A stretch of 18,921 bases of DNA from a bacterium (GTDB lineage: Bacteria; Muiribacteriota; UBA6191): NCBI GenBank assembly GCA_036339875.1, contig JAYZAC010000031.1, positions 1-18,921 of the forward strand, given 5' to 3'. Every line of letters begins with the position of its first letter. Positions within the stretch are counted from its first letter, which is position 1. Of the stretch, positions 1 to 7,027 are shown piece after piece. The position numbers and the translations under genes were made by a program. The notes beneath the pieces are model-generated. The model did no database searches and was not told the origin of the DNA. It saw nothing but the letters and a program-made list of their open reading frames with translations.

Positions 1-45
1 ATACAGGTCGAAAAGTAAAATAGAGGTTCTACCCCACCTGCGTCT

Positions 46-50
46 AGGAG
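46..50 (+). promoter_or_regulatory. Shine-Dalgarno site for the TPR gene
   Basis: AGGAG 6 nt upstream of ATG at 57. Confidence 0.75.
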
Positions 51-56
51 ATTTAT

Positions 57-767
57 ATGATTGCAAGAAAGATAACAGGAATTATTGTTAGTTTATTAAT
101 CGTATATTCATTTCAAGCTGCTGAAATCTCAAAGCAAGCTCAACTTTTTTTCAAAGAAGCTTTAGAATTCAATGCTTCAGGAGACTATGCTTCTGCCGTC
201 TCAAAATACATAGAGGCTTACAACGAAGATGGAGGAGTTTCAGGTCTATCAGATGAAGGTTTACTAGAAAACTCTTTAAGATACTTTAAGAAAATCTTAA
301 AAGAAAACCCACAAGACCTCGAAATTCTCATGTGGCTGGGAACAATCGAAACTTTAAGAGGCAATACTCAATCCGCCATTAAATACTATCAAAAGGTTGT
401 AAATATTGCTCCAACATCGCCTCAAGGACTAGAAGCAGATAAAGAAATTTTAAAGATGGAGACTGAAATCCGTGATCAACAAAAATCAAAAATAAAGAAA
501 AAAGAACAAGAGCTGCAAAAAATGAATCAAACTCAAATTATACGAGATAATATTAGACGAGAGATGGAGCAAAAATACGCAAAACAATTAGAAGCGCAAC
601 GTAGTGAAATCAGTGAGTTGCAGGAGCAGGCAAGTAAACTAAAAGAGGACATTCAGAAGGCGCAGGATGAAAATGAAAAAATCCGCAAAGAACATGAAGC
701 ACTTAAGGAAAAAAATGCCCACCATCGTAGAATGTATTTGTTTTATAAGTATAGGAAAGGAAAGTAA
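57..767 (+). CDS. Exported tetratricopeptide-repeat protein with long C-terminal coiled coil
   Basis: Good RBS; signal-peptide-like N-terminus (MIARKITGIIVSLLIVYSFQA-A); TPR-like segments (FKEALEFNASGDYASAVSKYIEA; ILMWLGTIETLRGNTQSAIKYYQKVVNIAP); about 100 aa of E/K/Q-rich helical sequence. Confidence 0.75.
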   Translation: MIARKITGIIVSLLIVYSFQAAEISKQAQLFFKEALEFNASGDYASAVSKYIEAYNEDGGVSGLSDEGLLENSLRYFKKILKENPQDLEILMWLGTIETLRGNTQSAIKYYQKVVNIAPTSPQGLEADKEILKMETEIRDQQKSKIKKKEQELQKMNQTQIIRDNIRREMEQKYAKQLEAQRSEISELQEQASKLKEDIQKAQDENEKIRKEHEALKEKNAHHRRMYLFYKYRKGK

Positions 768-789
768 TCTAATTTTATGATGGTGCACT

Positions 790-822
790 TTAAAGACTAA
801 AAGTAAGATATTTTAGCTTTAA
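790..822. terminator. Possible bidirectional terminator hairpin between convergent genes
   Basis: TTAAAG-a-CTAAAA / TTTTAG-CTTTAA inverted repeat (one bulge, 8-nt loop) in the 57-bp gap; AT-rich, so weak. Confidence 0.35.
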
Positions 823-824
823 CA

Positions 825-1472
825 TCATCGCATGCATTTTTGTTTACCAAGTATAAGTTCATGCAGCTTTACCGTCATCGCATCCATTTCAGCTTTACTC
901 AATCTTTTCTCTACACATTGTAATTGAGGCTCCAAAATATGTATCTGTGATCGATTCGCCTTAAGCAATCTTCCACCACGAGGTAAAGTATTATGCGTCC
1001 CATGGATATAGGCGGGTACAATAGGAACTCGAAGTCTGCTAGCAAGATTAACTGCACCATCTTTGAAATCTTGAACTGAACCATCCATTGATCTTGTTCC
1101 CTCTGCAAATACGCATAAATTGTATCCTTTTTTTACCAACTTCAAAGCTTCTTTGACTGCACCTACATCAGCACCTTCTCTTTTCACAGATATATTTCCT
1201 GCTGTGCGACTCATCAAACCTAAAGATGGAACTTTATGTAGTTCCTCTTTCACCATAAAACTTACTAGATCAGGAAAATAAGCCCAGACTGTTACAGGAT
1301 CCCAGTGAGAACAATGGTTCATCACAAGAATGTAAGGTCTTGGAAGTCCGTTGAGGTACTCCTCTCCCCAAACTTCGGACTCGGTGAGAGTCATAGAACA
1401 AAGAATGCGTGCAATAAATTTTCCTAAAACCTGATGCACGTTATAAAAACCGGTACTTGAATCTGTTGTCAT
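825..1472 (-). CDS. plsC: 1-acyl-sn-glycerol-3-phosphate acyltransferase (PlsC/LPLAT family)
   Basis: Catalytic NHxxxxD motif (NHCSHWD), FAEGTRS block, FKDGA and VPIVP motifs. Confidence 0.85.
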   Translation of the reverse strand: MTTDSSTGFYNVHQVLGKFIARILCSMTLTESEVWGEEYLNGLPRPYILVMNHCSHWDPVTVWAYFPDLVSFMVKEELHKVPSLGLMSRTAGNISVKREGADVGAVKEALKLVKKGYNLCVFAEGTRSMDGSVQDFKDGAVNLASRLRVPIVPAYIHGTHNTLPRGGRLLKANRSQIHILEPQLQCVEKRLSKAEMDAMTVKLHELILGKQKCMR

Positions 1473-1476
1473 AATT

Positions 1477-1986
1477 ATGTTAAAGCTTAGTCTTATGAAA
1501 TTGATCGGTAAAGAAGACTTTCAAAAAGAGCTTTGGAAGCAAAGTGGTGTGGAATTATTACAACGTTTTCCAAAAGAGATAAAACAAAACTATCAATTTA
1601 TCTTCGCCTTAAATGATTGGCAAACGTTATTAAAACTTGATAATAAAATTGTTCAAGAGCATATCCAATTCATTCAATCATGTCTGTTAGAGAGTATGAT
1701 TCAGTTAAGTCTTAACGAAATAATGCACCCGTTACAATATAGTACTGTGGCTAAAGTTAAGGGCCAAGTCGAAATTGAAAGTCAATGTAAACTTGGTGCT
1801 TTGCACCGAATAGCAGAGATCCATAATACAGAGCTTTGGGAACTTAGTCGATGGCACAAAAGTAATCTAAAGACTCCAGAAGAGACCTTAGAATTGGAAT
1901 CCATTGATGAAATCATAGATTCTATTGCCGCAATTGAAACAAAGTGGCGTAAAAAACGGTCAATCTTCTCCTCAGATAAGAATTAA
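1477..1986 (+). CDS. Hypothetical protein (169 aa); start may instead be ATG 1495
   Basis: 510-bp ORF filling the gap between plsC and the subtilase in AT-rich DNA; no recognisable motif, no clear RBS. Confidence 0.6.
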   Translation: MLKLSLMKLIGKEDFQKELWKQSGVELLQRFPKEIKQNYQFIFALNDWQTLLKLDNKIVQEHIQFIQSCLLESMIQLSLNEIMHPLQYSTVAKVKGQVEIESQCKLGALHRIAEIHNTELWELSRWHKSNLKTPEETLELESIDEIIDSIAAIETKWRKKRSIFSSDKN

Positions 1987-1991
1987 GGCTG

Positions 1992-3782
1992 TTATTTTGG
2001 ATTAGCATGTTTCGCAATCATTGCAGCTAGTAACGCATTTAATATATACCAAATAAATTCTGCCTGAAGGGCAATTGGAATATAATCTAAATCTACTTGG
2101 GGCATGAATGCACTCACCAGCAAAAATCCAGATAGCCCAAAACCCATACCCTGCAAAAACGGTCTTAAAATCTTAATTTGATATCCAAAGCCTACGAAAA
2201 GAAGCACCCAGAATGCTGAGCGAAAAATCGGATTGGCTACGTCGAGGCCGAGAAAAGCTTGATCCCAAACTGGTATTGGATAGCAAAGAAATCCAGGAAA
2301 CTGATCTACATGACAATTGAAACCAAGTGGAACTACACCACTACCAAAGGCAATAAGACCAAGTAGTGAGAGAGGATGCAATAGCCTTGTAATATTAGAT
2401 TTCAAGAATGCAAACGCTATCAAGAAAGCAGCCAGTAATCTACTCCATGCAGTACCCGAAACTGCCTGATTAACAGCATTACCAACATCTAACAACCCTG
2501 CTCCGTAAAGCTGCTCATCACCTTTGTATCGGGCACTCGATTTCAAAATCTGCTCAATTCGTTTTGCATCTGTTACCCCTGCTGAAACCAATAAAGCTGC
2601 CGCTCCAGCAACATGTGGTGCTGCCATAGAGGTTCCCATGAAAAGCATGTAGTCATCCTTAGAGTTATCTTTAGCATAAATACTGTTCTGCAACACTCCG
2701 TCAGGATAACCATCTCCATTCTGATCTACTCTAACGTTACCTCCTGGAGCCGCAATAGAAACCTCTTTACCACGACTGGAGTAAAAGGTAATCGATTCAT
2801 CATACTGTACTGCACTCACAGCCATACACTCAGGATATTTAGCTGGATACCCAATTCTGCCCCCTGAGTTTCCCGCTGCACATACTAAAAGTACACCTTT
2901 ATCCGCAGCGTACTTACAAGCTTTCCGTAAAATTGATGAAGGGAAGGGCCCACCAAGACTCATATTAATTACGTGTGCACCTTTGTCAGCAGCCCACTTG
3001 ATAGCATTTGCTATAGCTCCTAAACTTCCACGTCCCGAGCCATCTAATACCCTTAGTGGCATTATCGTGGCACCGGGCGCTACTCCTACAACTCCTAAAC
3101 CATTATTGGTGGACTGAGCAATGGTTCCTGCAACGTGCGTACCATGTCCATGATCATCATTTGCATGAGCATCATTGTCTACAAAGTCATAGGGATGTAT
3201 AAATTGGGTTTCATTTAGGTCACGAACGCGCTTGAAACCCTGATAGTCCTCGTAGGCGACTCCTGTATCAATAACTGCCACGATTGCACCATGGCCTTGA
3301 ACTCTTGCAAATGCCTGAGGCAAATTGATCTGTGCCATATGCCATTGGTGTTTGTAATACGGGTCTTGGAAGTCTTCTGGATTCGGATCTTTGGGCTTAC
3401 TGATATTCTTACGTAGAGCAGCCTCACCCACCAGACTATATATATAATTGGGTTCTACCGCTTCCACCAAAGGCGAAGTCCTCAACCTATTTATTAAATT
3501 AGTTAAACCTTTAGCGAGCCTAATTAAGCCGATTTTCTCTTCTGGATATAAACTATATTGCTGATAATCTACGGCAAACTTTGTCTCGAAGTTTTTTATT
3601 TGTTGTTTTGTAACAGTATTTTTGAAGTCTACTATTATACCGTCGGTCACATGATGATCAATTTCTGTAAAAGAATTACCAACAACAATCTTGCCATCCT
3701 CAGGTTTAGGCTTCTCAGGATTCTCTGCATATGCTCCGACTTTGAATAAAAAAGTGATTAGCAGTAACTGAAAGACTTTCAT
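1992..3782 (-). CDS. S8 subtilisin-like serine peptidase with signal peptide, prodomain and C-terminal multi-pass membrane domain
   Basis: Catalytic triad motifs VAVIDTG, HGTHVAG, GTSMAAPHVAG; oxyanion AAGN; prodomain ending VEAVEPNY; AYA signal cleavage site; hydrophobic last ~150 aa; RBS AAGGGG. Confidence 0.93.
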   Translation of the reverse strand: MKVFQLLLITFLFKVGAYAENPEKPKPEDGKIVVGNSFTEIDHHVTDGIIVDFKNTVTKQQIKNFETKFAVDYQQYSLYPEEKIGLIRLAKGLTNLINRLRTSPLVEAVEPNYIYSLVGEAALRKNISKPKDPNPEDFQDPYYKHQWHMAQINLPQAFARVQGHGAIVAVIDTGVAYEDYQGFKRVRDLNETQFIHPYDFVDNDAHANDDHGHGTHVAGTIAQSTNNGLGVVGVAPGATIMPLRVLDGSGRGSLGAIANAIKWAADKGAHVINMSLGGPFPSSILRKACKYAADKGVLLVCAAGNSGGRIGYPAKYPECMAVSAVQYDESITFYSSRGKEVSIAAPGGNVRVDQNGDGYPDGVLQNSIYAKDNSKDDYMLFMGTSMAAPHVAGAAALLVSAGVTDAKRIEQILKSSARYKGDEQLYGAGLLDVGNAVNQAVSGTAWSRLLAAFLIAFAFLKSNITRLLHPLSLLGLIAFGSGVVPLGFNCHVDQFPGFLCYPIPVWDQAFLGLDVANPIFRSAFWVLLFVGFGYQIKILRPFLQGMGFGLSGFLLVSAFMPQVDLDYIPIALQAEFIWYILNALLAAMIAKHANPK

Positions 3783-3795
3783 GATCTATCCCCTT

Positions 3796-4029
3796 CTACA
3801 ATTCCCCTAGTTCTGGATTATTTGAAAGTATATATTCATAGCGATCTTTAGAAACACCCGTAGACTCATCGAATAAGGGATTTCCTCCGATATAAACACT
3901 ATCGATTGGGTCACCAAACTCATTTAAGTCATTGGCCTTGATCCACTGATCAATCCGATTTTTGACAGATTCCGGTACCGAGTTGGTTGCTTGATAACTC
4001 TCAGGTACTACAATTTTGCCATCTTCCAC
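3796..4029 (-). CDS. Small acidic hypothetical protein (77 aa), probably first gene of an operon with the subtilase
   Basis: GTG start after AAGGAG RBS with an in-frame TAA just upstream; globular-looking core IDQWIKANDLNEFGDP..YIGGNPLFDE..G..DRYEYI; 13 bp before the subtilase start. Confidence 0.8.
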   Translation of the reverse strand: MEDGKIVVPESYQATNSVPESVKNRIDQWIKANDLNEFGDPIDSVYIGGNPLFDESTGVSKDRYEYILSNNPELGEL

Positions 4030-4093
4030 AAGCTCTCCTTATACCAACAATGTGCTTTCAAAAAGAATAATTCTACAAAGTTTATATACTTAG

Positions 4094-4102
4094 ATTATAT
4101 CA
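4094..4102 (-). promoter_or_regulatory. Extended -10 promoter element for the small protein/subtilase unit
   Basis: Minus strand TGATATAAT is a perfect TGnTATAAT; no convincing -35. Confidence 0.6.
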
Positions 4103-4153
4103 TTTTACAGATGCGACGTTACAGTCATTGAACATTTGAAACAATACTGAAAT

Positions 4154-5074
4154 CTATTGCTTGTAAAAATCTCGAAGACGAGAAAGAGTGTCTTTATGAA
4201 TCTGAAGTTTCTTGATGGCACGATTTTCAATCTGTCTGACTCTCTCACGTGTGACACCCATCATGTTGCCAATCCATGAAAGACTGCGAGGAATTCCATC
4301 ATCTAACCCAAATCGAAGACTGATTATCATTGCTTCGCGCTCAGACAGTACTTTCATAACCTTATCGATCTGGTCCCGCAGAACCTTTTTCAAAACAACA
4401 ACCTCGGGCGAATTCTCCTCATCCGTATCTTCAATAAAATCCTTTATAGAGGAGTCAGAATCATTAATTGATGCTTCTATTGAAACAGTATCTTGAACCA
4501 TTGTTAAAAGGTTTTTAATCTGTGCCTCAGTCAGACCTGTACTAACACTTAGCTCCTCTATCGAAGGTTCTCGCCCCCACTCATCGGTCAACTCTCGCCT
4601 GGAACGCTTTAATTTATTGAGAGTTTCCATGACGTGAACTGGAATTCTTACAACCCTTGGCTGTTCTGCAATTGCACGAATGATCGACTGTCTTATCCAC
4701 CATGTAGCATACGTTGAAAATTTATACCCAAGGGAATAGTCAAATTTTTCAATAGAACGTAGTAGACCCATATTACCCTCTTGGATAAGATCAAGAAAAA
4801 GGATCCCACGGTTTACATACTTTTTAGCAATATTTACAACTAATCTAAGATTGGATTCCACCATTTCTTGCTTAGCTTCGATATCACCCATCTCAATTTT
4901 TTTCGCGAGTTCTACTTCTTTCTTATCATCAATCAAATCGAGCTCTTTGAGATTGGTCAAATAACTTTGGACGGGATTATCCAATCCCTCTGTGATTGAG
5001 GAAGTAGCTTTACTAGGAGCTTTTGGATGCCCCCTTCGCTTTCCTCTTAATTTGTTAAATCTGCGCTCAGCCAT
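4154..5074 (-). CDS. RNA polymerase sigma70-family factor, RpoD/SigA-like but lacking region 1.1 (group 2-like)
   Basis: Region 1.2 ([14 protein letters not shown]), region 2 ([35 protein letters not shown]), region 3 (RIPVH), region 4.2 ([11 protein letters not shown]); only 306 aa. Confidence 0.92.
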   Translation of the reverse strand: MAERRFNKLRGKRRGHPKAPSKATSSITEGLDNPVQSYLTNLKELDLIDDKKEVELAKKIEMGDIEAKQEMVESNLRLVVNIAKKYVNRGILFLDLIQEGNMGLLRSIEKFDYSLGYKFSTYATWWIRQSIIRAIAEQPRVVRIPVHVMETLNKLKRSRRELTDEWGREPSIEELSVSTGLTEAQIKNLLTMVQDTVSIEASINDSDSSIKDFIEDTDEENSPEVVVLKKVLRDQIDKVMKVLSEREAMIISLRFGLDDGIPRSLSWIGNMMGVTRERVRQIENRAIKKLQIHKDTLSRLRDFYKQ

Positions 5075-6050
5075 GATTCATTTCTTCAAATGAGCCCATT
5101 CGTGAATATTTCTCGTTTCTCAAACGTACCCTTTCATTCGGGTCTAATGCAGCTACTGTATTGATATTTTCCAATATACTCTTCTTGACATCAGCAAAAA
5201 TTTGTTGGTAGTCTCGGTGTGCTCCACCCATGGGCTCGGGAATAACTTCATCGATAACACCTAATTCATTAAGATCTCGAGACGTTAATTTAAGTGCATT
5301 AGCAGCCTCTTCAGATTTGGAGACATCCTTCCATAAAATCGAAGCACAACCTTCAGGACTGATTACTGAATATATACTGTTTTCCAGCATTAAAACCCTG
5401 TCTCCTACACCCAGCGCAACAGCCCCACCACTACCGCCTTCTCCAATGACCAAGGCTATTACTGGACATCTCAGAAAACTCATTTCAAAAATATTACGCG
5501 CTATTGCCTCACCTTGACCACGTTCTTCTGCCCCTTTGCCGGGGTAGGCACCAGGGGTATCGATAAATAGAATCAAAGGACGCATAAATTTATTAGCAAA
5601 CTGCATAATGCGAAGTGCTTTCCGGTAGCCCTCAGGATGTGGCATTCCAAAATTACGAAAAATCTTCTCCTCAGTTCCTCGACCTTTTTCGTGACCAATA
5701 ACCACTACAGGCATTCCATCCAATTTCGCTAATCCGCCGACAATGGCATGGTCATCCTCGAACTGACGACCACCATGTAATTCAACAAAATCATCGAAGA
5801 TCGCCTTGATATAATCTAGGGTATAGGGGCGCTGGGGGTGACGAGCAATTTGAGTTATTTCCCAAGCTGTAACGTTCTTGTAAACCTCTTCACGTAAAAC
5901 CTCTAATTTTTGATTTAATTTCTCGATCTCAGAACTTAGGTCTAATTCATCGCCATCAGAAAGCTTTTTAAGCTCCTCGATCTTAGACTCTAACTCTACA
6001 ATTTTACCCTCAAAACCAAGTGGCTCAATGGCTTCCATAATATTTGCCAT
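5067..6050 (-). CDS. accA: Acetyl-CoA carboxylase carboxyltransferase alpha subunit (start 6050 or 6038)
   Basis: [62 protein letters not shown]. Confidence 0.97.
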   Translation of the reverse strand: MANIMEAIEPLGFEGKIVELESKIEELKKLSDGDELDLSSEIEKLNQKLEVLREEVYKNVTAWEITQIARHPQRPYTLDYIKAIFDDFVELHGGRQFEDDHAIVGGLAKLDGMPVVVIGHEKGRGTEEKIFRNFGMPHPEGYRKALRIMQFANKFMRPLILFIDTPGAYPGKGAEERGQGEAIARNIFEMSFLRCPVIALVIGEGGSGGAVALGVGDRVLMLENSIYSVISPEGCASILWKDVSKSEEAANALKLTSRDLNELGVIDEVIPEPMGGAHRDYQQIFADVKKSILENINTVAALDPNERVRLRNEKYSRMGSFEEMNHG

Positions 6051-6864
6051 CCTTTTCTTTGAAGAAACTCAATACACGTCCCAATGTTTCACGCAGGTCG
6101 AAACGACTACAAATCATATCGATGACACCCTTCTCCAAGAGAAACTCAGAAGTTTGGAAACCTTCGGGGAGCTTTTCATGGATAGTTTGTTCGATGACCC
6201 TGGGACCTGCAAAACCAATCAAGGCTTGCGGTTCTGCAATTATAATGTCACCAAGCATCGCAAAAGAGGCTGTAACTCCACCTGTAGTAGGATCACAGAG
6301 GATAGAAACAAAAGGCAGATGCTCCTTTGACAATCTAGCAATGGCCTGACCTGTTTTAACCATTTGCATGAGAGAGAGAATACCTTCATGCATCCTCGCT
6401 CCACCAGATGCACTGAAAATGATAAGCGGAATATGTAATTCACGGGATTTAGCTGCTGCCCGAGCTATTTTTTCACCGACAACAGATCCCATAGAGCCAC
6501 CCATGAAACCGAAATCAAAGAGTCCAAGCACCACTTTATGACCCTGGATGCTAGCTACTCCGGTTATTATAGCCTCTTCACTCTGAGTTTTTTCTTGAGC
6601 ACTCTCGACACGCTCTTTGTAAGTTTTACTGTCAGAAAAACTCAAAGGATCTGAGGGAACCAAACCTGCACCAAATTCTTCAAAAGAATTCTCGTCGCAC
6701 AAAGCCTCAATTCTGTCAGAGTTAGGAATTCTAAGATGCTTACCGCAATGAGGGCAAACATAAAGATTCTTCACTAAATCCTTATTGAAGATTGTCTCTT
6801 CACAGGAGGGACATTTGGTTGCCACATCTGGCAAGCCTTTTATCTTTGTGGTAAACCAGCCCAT
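6025..6864 (-). CDS. accD: Acetyl-CoA carboxylase carboxyltransferase beta subunit
   Basis: C4 zinc ribbon (CPSC..CPHC), FMGGSMGSVVGEK, SGGARM, PTTGGVTASF, GFAGPRVIEQT, LPEGFQTSEFL; RBS GAGGT. Confidence 0.97.
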   Translation of the reverse strand: MGWFTTKIKGLPDVATKCPSCEETIFNKDLVKNLYVCPHCGKHLRIPNSDRIEALCDENSFEEFGAGLVPSDPLSFSDSKTYKERVESAQEKTQSEEAIITGVASIQGHKVVLGLFDFGFMGGSMGSVVGEKIARAAAKSRELHIPLIIFSASGGARMHEGILSLMQMVKTGQAIARLSKEHLPFVSILCDPTTGGVTASFAMLGDIIIAEPQALIGFAGPRVIEQTIHEKLPEGFQTSEFLLEKGVIDMICSRFDLRETLGRVLSFFKEKDGKYYGSH

Positions 6865-6947
6865 GCCGACCTCTTCGAACCTTAGTTTGACACCTACACA
6901 TATTTTGACAAATATCTGCTGTAGTTAATTGCTTTAATTTTTGCTGC

Positions 6948-6977
6948 ATTCTATCAACTTAAGAAAGGGTTACGCAA
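6948..6977 (-). promoter_or_regulatory. sigma70-type promoter for accD-accA-sigma
   Basis: Minus strand TTGCGT (6977-6972), 18-nt spacer ending in TGA, then TAGAAT (6953-6948): -35 plus extended -10. Confidence 0.6.
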
Positions 6978-7027
6978 ATCAAGTATTGACACTTTTTAGA
7001 TTATCTTTAACAAAGTAGTCTTTATCA

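Noticed and set aside
1..18. ATA CAG GTC GAA AAG TAA, possibly the end of an upstream CDS
   Set aside because: Too short to support a call
22..45. AGAGGTTCTA resembles the 5' end of a preQ1-I riboswitch
   Set aside because: No CCTCT to close P1, no A-rich 3' tail, and the downstream gene is unrelated to queuosine
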